Origin: an uncultured delta proteobacterium
Lineage (GTDB): Bacteria; Desulfobacterota; Desulfuromonadia; Geobacterales; DSM-12255
Assembly: GCA_963787125.1 (NCBI GenBank)
Contig: CAWBBV010000006.1
Span: 220,725 to 284,724, forward strand
Length of the DNA: 64,000 nt
Direction: 5' to 3'
Shown: positions 10,856-21,861 of the stretch, piece after piece
Layout: each line of letters opens with the position of its first letter
Numbering within the stretch: position 1 is the stretch's first letter
Position numbers and translations under genes: made by a program
The notes under the pieces: generated by a model
Told to the model about the DNA's origin: nothing
Databases searched by the model: none
What the model saw: only the letters and a program-made list of their open reading frames with translations

Positions 10856-11293
10856 GGAGTCCGCCTGGACGGCACTGAAGGGGTGACCGGTCGGCAGCGC
10901 CGGATTGGACTTTGAAGCATCCACCAGGCTTTCCAGCTCCAGGCGGGTGGGGAGCCGCCACTGACCGGCGGCAGAGCTGTCAGAAAGCCCGCAGGCGCCA
11001 CTCGCCAGGCTGTTGGCGCTGGCAAGTGCGTTCACCCATGCCTGAGAGCCATAACAGTTGGCATTCTGCAGCCAGACAAGGCCGGTCAAGTTATCGGTAA
11101 CCGCGCCGTTTGCAGCGGTAAAGCGCTGTGCCGGCCACGGCAGACCAGCTTGTACCGCGCCGTCATCACCGCTGGCATAGCTGCTTGTCTGGCCGCTGCG
11201 GGGGAGGTTGATCTCCGCTGAATGGAGGGTGGAAAATGTTGCAAGGAGCATCAAAACTGTACAGACCAGGATGGGAACGATCTTTTGCAGCAT
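10724..11293 (-). CDS. Secreted single-DUF1566 protein
   Basis: Signal peptide; TDNLTGLVW, QWRLP..LEL, YWSSTT, YVWPVRGG. Confidence 0.85.
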   Translation of the reverse strand: MLQKIVPILVCTVLMLLATFSTLHSAEINLPRSGQTSSYASGDDGAVQAGLPWPAQRFTAANGAVTDNLTGLVWLQNANCYGSQAWVNALASANSLASGACGLSDSSAAGQWRLPTRLELESLVDASKSNPALPTGHPFSAVQADSYWSSTTYAGDTAKALYISMNSGVVDANFKTNSGVYVWPVRGGQ

Positions 11294-11699
11294 GGGGTTG
11301 AACCTCTTTGCAGAAGGAATAGTGACACGAAAAACCATGTAAGGACTCGTCCCTTGCAGACACTGACGAAGCTGTAGAAATAAATCCAGCCGTGCAGATC
11401 CACAACCAAGGAGGTGAGTCGGCAGAATGTTAGCATATTTGCTGAATTTTCGACTCTTTTTTTGCTGGGTTTATCGAGCCTAAGCGGGACATCCCGGTAA
11501 AATGTCTGACAGGCAGGAATTACACCAGCCTGATAATTTTACTGAATTTTTCATCAGGAAGATTAGCAGTGGAACTCGTGTAACATCAGTTTTCATCTTG
11601 AACAAAAAGCCTTGATACGGTATAAATTTTGATTCACTCTATCTTGCTTGTTTAAACTTGAATCCGTCTATTCAAAAAGAGCAACGCTCGGAGAATTTA

Positions 11700-12470
11700 T
11701 TGAAAATCAGCATACTTGCCAGTGGCAGCAAGGGGAACGCCGTCTATATTGAGACCGGTGAAACGCGCCTTTTGATTGACGCCGGCCTGTCGGCTACCGA
11801 GATTATCAAGCGTCTCGCCGTCATCGGTGTTGAAAGTTCCAGCATCCATGGCATCCTCATCAGTCACGATCACTCCGATCACACCAGAGGCGCAGGCATT
11901 CTGGCAAGGAAGCTGAAGATTCCTGTCATTATCAGTTCCCCCACCAGAGGGGCCTGCGAGCAGCTTCTGAAGAAATGTGCCGTTACCGAATTTGAATCCG
12001 GCCGCGCCTTTGCATTCCGCGATATTGCTATCGACCCTTTTCAGACGACTCATGACGCGACTGATCCGGTCGGCTTTGTCATCGAATCTATTGAAGGTCG
12101 CTACGGTCATGTCACTGATTTCGGTATTGTTACGCGACTGGTGACCGAAAAGCTTAAAAAATCAAGAGCATTGGTAATAGAGGCAAATCACGACGAAGAG
12201 ATGCTGATGAACGGCCCCTATCCGTGGCATCTGAAGCAGCGGATAAAATCCAGGCATGGCCATATTTCCAACAATGAATCAATCGGCCTCCTGGAAGAAC
12301 TGCTTCACAACCGCCTTGAAGGGGTATTTCTGGCCCATCTCTCGGAAGCGAACAACGACCCGAAGTTGCCGCGAATTGCCGCTGAGCAGCTTCTGGCAAG
12401 GCAGAACTGTTGCAACCCACGGCTTTTTATTGCCGACCAGTATCAACCAAGCACAATGTTTGTAATATAA
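11700..12470 (+). CDS. MBL-fold metallo-hydrolase (YycJ/WalJ-like)
   Basis: LASGSKGN, SHDHSDH, HDA, EANHD, GHISN, AHLS; probable TTG start at 11700 after GGAG. Confidence 0.9.
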   Translation: MKISILASGSKGNAVYIETGETRLLIDAGLSATEIIKRLAVIGVESSSIHGILISHDHSDHTRGAGILARKLKIPVIISSPTRGACEQLLKKCAVTEFESGRAFAFRDIAIDPFQTTHDATDPVGFVIESIEGRYGHVTDFGIVTRLVTEKLKKSRALVIEANHDEEMLMNGPYPWHLKQRIKSRHGHISNNESIGLLEELLHNRLEGVFLAHLSEANNDPKLPRIAAEQLLARQNCCNPRLFIADQYQPSTMFVI

Positions 12471-12563
12471 ATTCAGGCTGAAGGTTGCAGGTTGAAGGAA
12501 TAACCTTCAGCCTTCAGTCTAATTACCTTTTACCAGTTACTATTATTTCAAGGAGCGTCAAAA

Positions 12564-13859
12564 ATGATTGCACGTTACACAAGACCGGAAATGGCTAAAA
12601 TATGGGAAGCTGACAACCGCTTCCGCATCTGGCTGGAGATTGAAACCCTCGCCTGCGAAGCCCAGGCAGAACTGGGAGTTATCCCGAAAGAGGTTATCCC
12701 GGTCATCCGCGCCAAAGGAAATTTCGACATCGAGCGGATTGATGCCATCGAAGCCGAAGTAAAACATGACGTTATCGCCTTCCTCACCTCTGTCGCCGAG
12801 CATGTCGGCCCGGAAGCCCGCTTTATCCACCAGGGGATGACCTCTTCCGACGTGCTGGACACCTGCCTCTCCGTGCAGATGACCCAGGCGGCCGACGAGC
12901 TGCTGGCCGATCTTGACATGCTGCTGGAATCGATAAAAGTCAGGGCCTATGAGCACAAGGATACGGTCTGCATGGGCCGCTCCCACGGTATTCATGCCGA
13001 ACCGGTGACGTTTGGACTCAAGCTGGCATCCTTTCATGCCGAGATGCAGCGCAACCGGATCCGACTTGCCGCCGCCCGGGAAAACATCGCCACCGGCGCT
13101 ATCTCAGGGGCTGTCGGCACCTTTGCCAATATCGACCCTTTTGTCGAGGAGTACGTCTGCGAAAAGATGGGGCTCAAACCTGAGCCGGTCTCTTCACAGG
13201 TCATCCCCCGTGATCGGCACGCCGAATACTTCTGTACCCTCGCCATTATCGCGTCGTCCATTGAACGGATCGCCATAGAAATCCGCCACCTGCAACGAAC
13301 CGAAGTGCTTGAGGCGGAAGAGCAGTTTACCAAGGGGCAGAAAGGCTCCTCAGCCATGCCGCACAAACGCAACCCGATCCTTTCCGAGAATCTGACCGGC
13401 CAGGCGCGCTACATCCGGGCCATGTGCATCCCGGCCCTGGAAAACGTCGCCCTCTGGCATGAGCGGGACATCTCCCATTCCTCAGTCGAGCGCTACATAG
13501 CACCGGATGCGACTGTCGCCCTTGACTTCTCCCTGCGGCGGATGAACGGACTGATCAGAAATCTCGTTGTCTACCCTGAAAATATGCTCAGGAACCTGAA
13601 TCAGATGAAAGGGCTGGTCTTCTCCCAGAAGATCCTTCTCGACCTGACCCAGGCCGGCGTTTCCCGCGAAGACTCTTACCGTCTGGTACAGAAAAACGCC
13701 ATGAAGGTCTGGGAGGACGGGAAGGATTTCCAGACCGAGCTGCTGGCCGACCCTGAAGTGTCAGGCGCACTCGGCGCAGCGAAGATCCTCGAATCCTTCG
13801 ACCTCGGCTATCACTTAAAGCATGTAACCACCATTTTCAAGCGGGTCTTCGGTGAATAG
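12564..13859 (+). CDS. purB: Adenylosuccinate lyase
   Basis: HDVIAF, GRSHGIHAEP, GSSAMPHKRNP, WHERDISHSSVER. Confidence 0.97.
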   Translation: MIARYTRPEMAKIWEADNRFRIWLEIETLACEAQAELGVIPKEVIPVIRAKGNFDIERIDAIEAEVKHDVIAFLTSVAEHVGPEARFIHQGMTSSDVLDTCLSVQMTQAADELLADLDMLLESIKVRAYEHKDTVCMGRSHGIHAEPVTFGLKLASFHAEMQRNRIRLAAARENIATGAISGAVGTFANIDPFVEEYVCEKMGLKPEPVSSQVIPRDRHAEYFCTLAIIASSIERIAIEIRHLQRTEVLEAEEQFTKGQKGSSAMPHKRNPILSENLTGQARYIRAMCIPALENVALWHERDISHSSVERYIAPDATVALDFSLRRMNGLIRNLVVYPENMLRNLNQMKGLVFSQKILLDLTQAGVSREDSYRLVQKNAMKVWEDGKDFQTELLADPEVSGALGAAKILESFDLGYHLKHVTTIFKRVFGE

Positions 13860-14934
13860 GGTTCTCGACTACTATCGCGTGCAGGAGAGTGACAGCCTTT
13901 ATCTTTTCTGGGCAAAAGAGATCCTGCTGGCGATTCTGATTTTTGCCGCCTTCTGGCTGCTGGCAAAATTCGTCCGCTATTTTATGACAACCTGGGGGCC
14001 GAAATTCACCTCTTTTACCACCACCGACCTGGACGACCGGATTCTTTTGCGGATAACTCCGCCGACCTCCATCATGGTCGTCTTTGCCGGTCTTTATCTG
14101 GCGGTAAAATCGCTGCCGCTTCCTGAAAAAGCCCATCTGGCGGCCTCCGGTGCTCTTTTCATCATCACCATCGCCATCCTGACCAACATCCTTTATCGCT
14201 CGCTGGATGAAGTTCTGGCATGGTACTCCGGCAGACTTGCCGAAAAAGGTGGCGGCGGGCTCGACCGGCAGGTACTGCCGCTGGTCGAAAAGCTGGCGAC
14301 AATCTTTCTGGTCGGCACGGCGCTGATCATCGTCCTCAAACATTTCAACTACGATATACTTTCTCTGGTAACAGCACTGGGCATAGGCTCCCTTGCCCTC
14401 GGTATGGCGGCAAAAGACACCCTTGCCAACATGATCTCCGGCTTCACTCTGATGATTGACCGCCCTTTCAGGCTGGGAGACCGCATCCAGCTTGCCGCCG
14501 GGCAGGTCGGCGATGTTCAGGATATCGGCCTGAGAAGCACCAAGATCAAGACCCTCGATAATCAGCTGCTGATAATTCCCAATTCGGATCTCTGCAACAC
14601 CATCCTGACCAATCAGGCGTTCCCTGACCTGCGGGCAAAAGCCAGGATCAACCTGGGGGTAGCCTACGGCAGCGACGTTGAGCAGGTAAAAAGCCTGCTG
14701 ACTGCGACGGCGTTTGAGGTCGGGGATGTCCTTCGCGACCCGCCGCCGGAAGCTTATTTCGCCTCCTTCGGTGACAGTGCCCTGCAGATGGCGCTCTTTT
14801 TCTGGGTGGATGAATACACCAAGGTTTTTCCGACCACCGACAAAATTAATTCTCTTCTCATAAAAAGGTTGGGAGAAGCGGGGGTTGTTATCCCCTTCCC
14901 CACCAGCAACGTCCATATTCATAAGGAACAGTAG
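13852..14934 (+). CDS. MscS-family mechanosensitive channel
   Basis: TM segments; AKDTLANMISG...DRPFRLGD.I...G.V.DIGLRSTKI...IPN; IPFP. Confidence 0.92.
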   Translation: MNRVLDYYRVQESDSLYLFWAKEILLAILIFAAFWLLAKFVRYFMTTWGPKFTSFTTTDLDDRILLRITPPTSIMVVFAGLYLAVKSLPLPEKAHLAASGALFIITIAILTNILYRSLDEVLAWYSGRLAEKGGGGLDRQVLPLVEKLATIFLVGTALIIVLKHFNYDILSLVTALGIGSLALGMAAKDTLANMISGFTLMIDRPFRLGDRIQLAAGQVGDVQDIGLRSTKIKTLDNQLLIIPNSDLCNTILTNQAFPDLRAKARINLGVAYGSDVEQVKSLLTATAFEVGDVLRDPPPEAYFASFGDSALQMALFFWVDEYTKVFPTTDKINSLLIKRLGEAGVVIPFPTSNVHIHKEQ

Positions 14935-17925
14935 ATGCCAAACAGAATCGAAGTTGCACTCAAAAGCGGTCTGCGCGATTCGCGCGGAGAGCGGATAAAA
15001 AAAGAGATTGAACACCTCCTGCAGCTGAAGGTGGCGGAAGTCAAAAGCATCGATGTTTATACAGTCGACGCGGATCTTAGCGAAACTGAGCTGGCAGCTG
15101 CGGCTTCAGGGCCGTTCAGTGACCCGGTTATCCAGAACTGGAGTATCGATGCCCCGCTGGCAAAAGGCTTTGCTTATGCAGTCGAGGTCGGTTTTCGCCC
15201 CGGAGTGACCGACAACACCGGTCGCACCGCCCGGGAAGCGGTCGAGTACCTGACGGGGAGAAAATTTGCCCCGACCGAGGGTGTTTATTACTCGGTGCAG
15301 TACCTGATCACCGGCGAACTGTCTGCCGCCGAAGTTGAGCAGATAGCCACCGGCCTCCTCTGCAACGTTCTTATTCAGCGCTATACGATTCTGTCGGCAG
15401 CCGAATTTGCCGCCGGCAAGGGTTTCCCGGTTACTGTCCCCAGGGTGCTGGTGGAGGCAAAAGCCGAGGTCCGGGAGATTGACCTGGAAGTTGCTGATGA
15501 AGAGCTGCTGCGCATCAGTAAAGATGGCGTTCTTGCCCTGACCCTGGAAGAGATGCAGATCATTCAGGCTCACTACCGCGACCCTGAAGCAGTTGCCGCA
15601 AGGGGTGCTGTCGGTCTCGGCGCAAAGCCTACCGATGTGGAGATCGAGTGTCTGGCACAAACCTGGTCGGAGCACTGCAAACACAAGATATTCGCCGGCA
15701 CGGTGCATTACGAAGACGAAACCGGCAAAAAAGAGGAGATCAAATCTCTTTTCAAATCATTCATTCAGCGGACTACCAAGGATGTCCGCGCAAAGCTGGG
15801 CGAGCGTGATTTCTGTCTTTCCGTTTTCAAGGATAACGCCGGAGTCATCAAGTTCAACGCCGACCATTCCCTGGTTTTCAAAGTCGAAACTCATAACTCC
15901 CCCTCGGCGCTCGACCCGTACGGCGGGGCGCTGACCGGCATTGTCGGCGTCAATCGCGACCCGTTCGGCACCGGCCAGGGGTCGAAGCTGATCTTTAATA
16001 CCGATGTCTTCTGCTTTGCCGATCCGTTCTATGCCAAGCCGCTCCCCAAGAGGCTCCTTCACCCGCGGCGAATCTTTGAAGGGGTTGTGGAAGGGGTGGA
16101 ACATGGCGGCAACAAAAGCGGCATCCCGACTGTCAACGGTTCGCTGGTTTTTGACGAGCGTTTCTGCGGCAAGCCCCTGGTTTTCTGCGGTACCGCGGGG
16201 ATAATGCCTGCCGTACTGAACGGCCAGCCGAGTCACGACAAGTCGATCAAGCCGGGCGACCTGATCGTCATGTCCGGCGGCAGAATCGGTAAGGACGGCA
16301 TCCACGGGGCAACCTTCTCCTCTGAGGAGCTGAACGAAAATTCCCCGGTCACCGCAGTCCAGATCGGTGACCCGATCACCCAGAAGCGGATGTTCGATTT
16401 CCTCATCAGGGCCCGTGACAAAGGGCTCTACAGGTTTATCACCGATAACGGTGCCGGCGGACTCTCCTCCTCCATCGGCGAGATGGCGGGCGAATGCGGC
16501 GGCTGCCGCATGGATCTGGCCAAAGCGCCGCTGAAATATGCCGGCCTCAACCCCTGGGAAATCCTCATCTCTGAAGCCCAGGAGCGGATGAGCATGGCGG
16601 TACCGCCGGAAAATATCGACCGCTTCATGGAGATGTCCAAACAGTTCGGCGTCGAGTCGACTGTCATGGGTGAGTTTACCGATAACGGCATCTTCCATAT
16701 TCTTTACGAAGACAAGACCGTTGCCTGGCTCCCCATGGAGTTCATGCACGAAGGGCTGCCGCCGATGCAGCTCCCGGCCAAGTGGACCCCGCCGGTGTTA
16801 ACCGAGGTAGAGGTAAAGGTAAAGGATGACTACAGCGACGACCTGAAGCAGCTGCTGGCGGCGCTCAACATCTGCTCGAAGGAATCTGTGGTGCGGCGCT
16901 ATGACCACGAAGTTCAGGGTGGCTCGGTTGTCAAGCCGTTCACCGGCGTCAATAACGACGGCCCTTCGGACGCTGCGGTTGTCCGCCCGCTCCTCGACTC
17001 CTTTGAAGGGGTTGTCACCGCCCACGGCATCTGTCCCCGCTACTCCGACATCGACACCTACGACATGACCGCCAACGCGGTGGACGAAGCACTGCGCAAC
17101 TATGTGGCAGTTGGCGGTTCGCTTGAGCTGGTGGCCGGTCTGGACAATTTCTGCTGGTGCGATCCGGTTCTTTCCGACAAGACTCCGGACGGCGATTACA
17201 AGATGGCCCAGCTGGTCCGCTCCAATCAGGCGCTCTACGACATCTGTATGGAGTACAACCTGCCGCTGATCTCCGGCAAAGACTCCATGAAGAACGATTT
17301 CTACGACGGCACGGTAAAGATCTCCATCCCTCCAACCCTGCTCTTCTCGGTTATCGGCAAGATTGACGACGCCAGAAAAGCGGTCACCATGGACCTGAAA
17401 AAAGCTGGTGACCTGGTCTACCTGCTTGGAGCGACAGCAGATGAGCTTGGCGGCTCCGAATACTTCGCCCTGCAAGGGGCACTCGGGGTCAGAGTGCCGA
17501 AGGTTGATCCAAAGAATGCCTACAGCCGCTATCAGGCGTACCACCAGGCGGTTAATGCCGGACTGGTAGCCTCCTGTCATGACCTCTCCGATGGCGGCCT
17601 CGCTGTTGCTGCCGCCGAATCCGCCTTTGCCGGTGGTTTCGGGATAGATATGGATCTGGCAAAAATTATCTGGAAAGGTGATAGCGCCGGTAAAACCGAT
17701 GCGACGCTCCTCTTCTCCGAATCAGCCTCACGGCATCTGGTCACCATCCACCCGGAGCAGCAGGCAGCCTTTGAAACAATCATGAAAGGCCACAGCTTGG
17801 CCGCTATCGGCATAGTAACTGTGAAGCAGTCCGTCACCGTCACCGGCAGCAACGGCGGCTGTGTGATTAACAGTGGACTGACAGAGCTTAAAGAGGCCTG
17901 GCAGAAAACCCTCCGGGAGTTGTAA
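14935..17925 (+). CDS. purL: Phosphoribosylformylglycinamidine synthase PurL (with PurS-like N-terminus)
   Basis: QTWSEHCKHK, KVETHNSPSA.DP.GGA.TG, DNGAGG, SEAQERM, HDLSDGGL. Confidence 0.95.
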   Translation: MPNRIEVALKSGLRDSRGERIKKEIEHLLQLKVAEVKSIDVYTVDADLSETELAAAASGPFSDPVIQNWSIDAPLAKGFAYAVEVGFRPGVTDNTGRTAREAVEYLTGRKFAPTEGVYYSVQYLITGELSAAEVEQIATGLLCNVLIQRYTILSAAEFAAGKGFPVTVPRVLVEAKAEVREIDLEVADEELLRISKDGVLALTLEEMQIIQAHYRDPEAVAARGAVGLGAKPTDVEIECLAQTWSEHCKHKIFAGTVHYEDETGKKEEIKSLFKSFIQRTTKDVRAKLGERDFCLSVFKDNAGVIKFNADHSLVFKVETHNSPSALDPYGGALTGIVGVNRDPFGTGQGSKLIFNTDVFCFADPFYAKPLPKRLLHPRRIFEGVVEGVEHGGNKSGIPTVNGSLVFDERFCGKPLVFCGTAGIMPAVLNGQPSHDKSIKPGDLIVMSGGRIGKDGIHGATFSSEELNENSPVTAVQIGDPITQKRMFDFLIRARDKGLYRFITDNGAGGLSSSIGEMAGECGGCRMDLAKAPLKYAGLNPWEILISEAQERMSMAVPPENIDRFMEMSKQFGVESTVMGEFTDNGIFHILYEDKTVAWLPMEFMHEGLPPMQLPAKWTPPVLTEVEVKVKDDYSDDLKQLLAALNICSKESVVRRYDHEVQGGSVVKPFTGVNNDGPSDAAVVRPLLDSFEGVVTAHGICPRYSDIDTYDMTANAVDEALRNYVAVGGSLELVAGLDNFCWCDPVLSDKTPDGDYKMAQLVRSNQALYDICMEYNLPLISGKDSMKNDFYDGTVKISIPPTLLFSVIGKIDDARKAVTMDLKKAGDLVYLLGATADELGGSEYFALQGALGVRVPKVDPKNAYSRYQAYHQAVNAGLVASCHDLSDGGLAVAAAESAFAGGFGIDMDLAKIIWKGDSAGKTDATLLFSESASRHLVTIHPEQQAAFETIMKGHSLAAIGIVTVKQSVTVTGSNGGCVINSGLTELKEAWQKTLREL

Positions 17926-17928
17926 TAA

Positions 17929-18336
17929 ATGCCCGCAGTTGAACTAAAATCAGCCGATAATCCCATCGGTTTCAGAAAGCTGATCGGTCTGAAAGCGAAG
18001 CACGCTGCGGACGGTTATGCCGCCATGGAACTGACGATCTCTGCCGAGCACCTGAACAGCCTCGGTGCCCTGCACGGCGGCATTATCGCCACCATGATCG
18101 ATCACTGTGGCGGTAATGCCGGCTGTATCTGCCCAAATACCGGCTCACGGAGAAAAGCTGTGACCCTCTCCCTGACAACCAGCTTTCTGGCGCCGGTATC
18201 CAGCGGGACGGTTACCGCCACCAGTCGCAAACGACCGGGCGGCCGCCGTATTTTTGTTTCGACAACAGAAGTGACCGACGAAAACGGCATGCTGATTGCC
18301 GTAGGAGAAGCAACCTACCGCTACATCGACCCTTGA
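17929..18336 (+). CDS. PaaI-family thioesterase
   Basis: HLNSLGALHGGIIATMID hotdog-fold motif. Confidence 0.88.
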   Translation: MPAVELKSADNPIGFRKLIGLKAKHAADGYAAMELTISAEHLNSLGALHGGIIATMIDHCGGNAGCICPNTGSRRKAVTLSLTTSFLAPVSSGTVTATSRKRPGGRRIFVSTTEVTDENGMLIAVGEATYRYIDP

Positions 18337-18349
18337 TAACCCGGACTTT

Positions 18350-19051
18350 TTGATGGAACTGATTTTTGATGGCATAAAAACCGCGCTGGCGCTGATATTC
18401 TCTCTGGATGCCGAAGTCTTTGCCGTGACGCTTCTCTCCCTGAAGGTCTCTTCGCTGGCCACCTTGATCAGCCTTTTTACCGGCTTACCCGTCGGTGTAT
18501 TTCTTGCGCTCTCAAACTTTCCCGGCAGACGTTTCATCATCAGTCTGGTCAACACCGGCATGGGGCTCCCGCCGGTTGTTGTCGGGCTCTTTATCACTAT
18601 CTTCCTCTGGCGCAACGGCCCCTTGGGCTTTCTGGAAATCCTCTACACACCGGCGGCCATGATCCTTGCCCAGGCGGTGATAGCCGCACCGATAGTCACC
18701 GGCATCACCATCGCTTCCATCCAGCAACTCCCCGCCAATCTTAAACTTCAGGTAAGAGCACTGGGTGCTACCCGCCTGCAGACTGTCTGGATACTTGTCC
18801 GGGAAGCAAGGCTGCCGCTCCTGGCAGCGGTGATGGCCGGCTTTGGCGGGGTAATTTCCGAAGTTGGCGCCTCCATCATGGTCGGCGGCAACATCAAAGG
18901 TCAGACCAGGGTCCTGACAACCGCAACGGTCATGGAGAGTGGCAAGGGTAATTTTGAAACAGCAATCGCCCTTTCCTTAATCCTCCTGACTCTTACCTTC
19001 GGCATAAATTACTTTTTGACACTGATCCAACAGCGCGAGCGACCCCGATGA
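18350..19051 (+). CDS. tupB: Tungstate ABC transporter permease (TupB-like)
   Basis: MGLPPVVVGL, ISEVGA.IMVGGNIKG.TRVLTTA. Confidence 0.85.
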   Translation: MMELIFDGIKTALALIFSLDAEVFAVTLLSLKVSSLATLISLFTGLPVGVFLALSNFPGRRFIISLVNTGMGLPPVVVGLFITIFLWRNGPLGFLEILYTPAAMILAQAVIAAPIVTGITIASIQQLPANLKLQVRALGATRLQTVWILVREARLPLLAAVMAGFGGVISEVGASIMVGGNIKGQTRVLTTATVMESGKGNFETAIALSLILLTLTFGINYFLTLIQQRERPR

Positions 19052-19794
19052 GCGCGCAGAATCAACTTCTCACTGTTCAAGGACTCCGCATAGTCCGTGG
19101 TGGGGTTCAGGTACTTGACGTCGAAAGTTTTGGCATCTGCCGTGAAGAGAAGGTCGCCGTAATCGCCCCCAATGGCGGCGGCAAATCAAGCCTGCTCCTT
19201 GCCCTCGCCAGCCTTATCCCAAGAGAAAGCGGCGCCTTGATCTTTAATGGCGCAGAGGTGACAAGCAGTGGCGAAACCGGCTTCAGACGGCGGATTGCCA
19301 TGCTCTTTCAGGAACCGCTGCTTTTCGATACAACCGTTATTGACAATGTGGCTGAGGGTTTGCGCATCAGGGGGGTAAAGCGAAACGAAGCCCGGGAGCG
19401 GGCAATAGAAGGTCTGGAACTTTTCAAGATAGGTCATCTGGCAAAACGCTCTGCCCACAAACTCTCGGGTGGCGAAGCCCAGCGGGTCAGCCTGGCACGG
19501 GCCTTTGCGGTAAAACCCGAACTCATCCTGATGGATGAACCGTTTTCCAGTCTCGACCTCCCGACGCGGATCATCCTGGCCGAAGAACTTGGCGAGATCC
19601 TCCATAAATCAGGAACTGCAGCGATCATCGCCACCCACGACCGGATTGAGGCGCTACGGGTGGTGGAGAGGCTGGTTGTCCTTGATTCCGGAAGGATTGT
19701 ACAGGAGGGGACGCCACAGGAAGTTATGGAGAACCCGGCAAACTCTTTTGTGGCTGCGTTCAAACGGACCAGCTATTCTATGCCGGTTCACTAA
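19048..19794 (+). CDS. tupC: ABC transporter ATP-binding protein (TupC-like)
   Basis: APNGGGKS, LSGGEAQR, MDEPFS, THD; overlaps tupB. Confidence 0.8.
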   Translation: MSAQNQLLTVQGLRIVRGGVQVLDVESFGICREEKVAVIAPNGGGKSSLLLALASLIPRESGALIFNGAEVTSSGETGFRRRIAMLFQEPLLFDTTVIDNVAEGLRIRGVKRNEARERAIEGLELFKIGHLAKRSAHKLSGGEAQRVSLARAFAVKPELILMDEPFSSLDLPTRIILAEELGEILHKSGTAAIIATHDRIEALRVVERLVVLDSGRIVQEGTPQEVMENPANSFVAAFKRTSYSMPVH

Positions 19795-20368
19795 GCTCAA
19801 CCCACCGGAAACAGTCGTGAGTATGATCATTAACCATTCCCACCGCCTGCATAAAAGCGTAACAGATTGTCGGCCCGACAAACTTGAAGCCGCGCTTTTT
19901 CAACTCCCGGCTCATCTGCTCTGACTCAGCAGTGCTGGCCGGGAGATCGGCGTGACTGGCCCAACAGTTCTGCAGCGTCACTCCGCCGGTAAAACTCCAG
20001 ATATAGCTGTCAAAGCTGCCGAACTCCGTCTGAACCTGCAAAAACGCCCTGGCATTGGTAATCGCTGCCCCGATCTTGAGGCGGTTTCTGACAATGCTGG
20101 CATTACCCATAAGCAGAGCGACTTTTTCATCGTCAAAGGCAGCAACTGCTGCAGCTTCAAATTTATCGAAAGCCAGCCTGTAAGCCTCTCTTTTTCTTAA
20201 AACAGTAATCCATGACAGTCCGGCCTGGGCCCCCTCCAGGATCAGAAACTCGAACAGTAGCCGGTCGTCATGGATCGGCACGCCCCACTCACTGTCGTGA
20301 TACTGGCAGTAAAGCGGGTCGCTGCCTGCCCAGCCGCAGCGGACAGGCGATTGCAGAGAATTATTCAT
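19778..20368 (-). CDS. tag: DNA-3-methyladenine glycosylase I
   Basis: RCGW, YHDSEWG, LEGAQAGLSW, IVRNRLKI, GFKFVGPT, NDH...C. Confidence 0.95.
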   Translation of the reverse strand: MNNSLQSPVRCGWAGSDPLYCQYHDSEWGVPIHDDRLLFEFLILEGAQAGLSWITVLRKREAYRLAFDKFEAAAVAAFDDEKVALLMGNASIVRNRLKIGAAITNARAFLQVQTEFGSFDSYIWSFTGGVTLQNCWASHADLPASTAESEQMSRELKKRGFKFVGPTICYAFMQAVGMVNDHTHDCFRWVELSEPA

Positions 20369-20414
20369 CAGTCCCCCCTTTCAAAGTCGTTGTTGACCGA
20401 ACAAATCAAGCGTA

Positions 20415-21626
20415 TCACAAGCACCCCACCGGCACCGAACGCACCGCCGGCCCAAGCGGCAACGATTGCGTCGCCAGACAGATAACAGCGCCAGGACCGA
20501 CCGGCATCTTCAGGTTTGCCAATACCCCAAAGTTGCGAATATCACCCATGCCCGGCGATGCGCTCTTTTTGCACTCCAGCGGATAGATCGTCCCGTCCTG
20601 TATTATCAGCAGGTCGATCTCTTTTTTATCCTTGTCGCGATAGTAGAAAAACGGCGCCTGACGGCCATTGTGCCAGTAGCTCTTCAGCAGTTCGCCGATG
20701 ATCCAGGTTTCCAGGATGGCGCCGGACATGGCCCCCGACTCAAGGGTTTCCGGGGTAGACCACTGGGTAAGGTAGGCGCAAAGGCCGGTATCCAGGAAGT
20801 ACAGCTTGGGGGTTTTCACCAAACGTTTGGTCAGGTTGGAATGGTACGGTTCCAGCAGATAGACAATGCCGGAGGCCTGGAGGATGGAAAGCCAGCTCTT
20901 GGCGGTGTTGAAGGCCACGTCGGCGTCGCGCGCCAGGTCGGCCATGTTGAGCAGCTGACCGGTGCGGGCAGCCGCGGCTCGGAGGAAACGGAGAAAGGCC
21001 ATTTCATCCCCCACACGGGCCAGGTCGCGGATGTCGCGTTGCAGATAGGTCTGAATATAGGAGCTGTAGAACAGGTCGCGGTCACCCTGTTCGCTCAAGG
21101 CGATGGCCGGGAATGAGCCGCGCCAGATCAGGCGATACAGCTCCATCAGATCGAGGTGGGAGCTGGGTTCGGTCTCATCCGGCAGCGGGAGAAATGGCCG
21201 GGAGGTTTCCCCGCAGCCAAGCAGTTCACGGCGGGAGAAGCCGAGAAGCTGGAGCACCCCAACCCGCCCGGCCAGGGATTCCGACACTCCCCGCATCATC
21301 TGAAACTGCTGGGAACCGGTCAGCCAGAAGAGATTGGGCGAGCGGCGCTGGTCGCAGGCCATCTTGATATAGGGGAGCAGTTCGGGAGCGTACTGGATTT
21401 CGTCGATCAGTACCGGTGGCGGAAAACGCTGCATGAAGAGGGCCGGGTCGCTTTTGGCAAGGGCGAGCACCAGCGGGTCATCCAGGGTGACGTAGGTTCG
21501 CTCCGGTTCGCTTACCCTGCGCAGAAAGGTTGTCTTGCCGACCTGGCGGGCACCGGTGACCAGCAATACCGGGAATTGCCGGGAAGCTTCCTTGAACCAG
21601 TTTTCGAGAGTGCGGGTGAGATACAT
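20415..21626 (-). CDS. AAA_14 ATPase with DUF4143 domain
   Basis: GARQVGKT, IDEIQ, LTGSQ, KTPKLYFLDTGL, YYRDKDKKEIDL, PLECK. Confidence 0.9.
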   Translation of the reverse strand: MYLTRTLENWFKEASRQFPVLLVTGARQVGKTTFLRRVSEPERTYVTLDDPLVLALAKSDPALFMQRFPPPVLIDEIQYAPELLPYIKMACDQRRSPNLFWLTGSQQFQMMRGVSESLAGRVGVLQLLGFSRRELLGCGETSRPFLPLPDETEPSSHLDLMELYRLIWRGSFPAIALSEQGDRDLFYSSYIQTYLQRDIRDLARVGDEMAFLRFLRAAAARTGQLLNMADLARDADVAFNTAKSWLSILQASGIVYLLEPYHSNLTKRLVKTPKLYFLDTGLCAYLTQWSTPETLESGAMSGAILETWIIGELLKSYWHNGRQAPFFYYRDKDKKEIDLLIIQDGTIYPLECKKSASPGMGDIRNFGVLANLKMPVGPGAVICLATQSLPLGPAVRSVPVGCL

Positions 21627-21861
21627 GGAAAGCCACCTATCGTCTGAATTGCATAGTGATTGCAATATAGACGATGGATGGTTATTTTGTCAATGGTTTT
21701 AGCGGGATAGGTGAGGTGTGTTCTCTTTAAACAAATCAGACCTTCAACAGATAAATCCGCCAGGACATGGAAAAGCCATGCCGTGGAGTACGTACCACTT
21801 TGAGGAGCGGTTCAGGCTGCTGTCATATATCATCTGAAGGTAAGTTCATTTGTTGGCCTAT

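Noticed and set aside
12474..12520. AGGCTGAAGGTT...AACCTTCAGCCT hairpin before purB
   Set aside because: Simple intergenic palindrome; no purine or ZTP riboswitch consensus recognised.
18350..19794. tupBC without a tupA binding-protein gene; purL without an adjacent purQ
   Set aside because: The partners may simply lie elsewhere in the genome; not assessable from this window.
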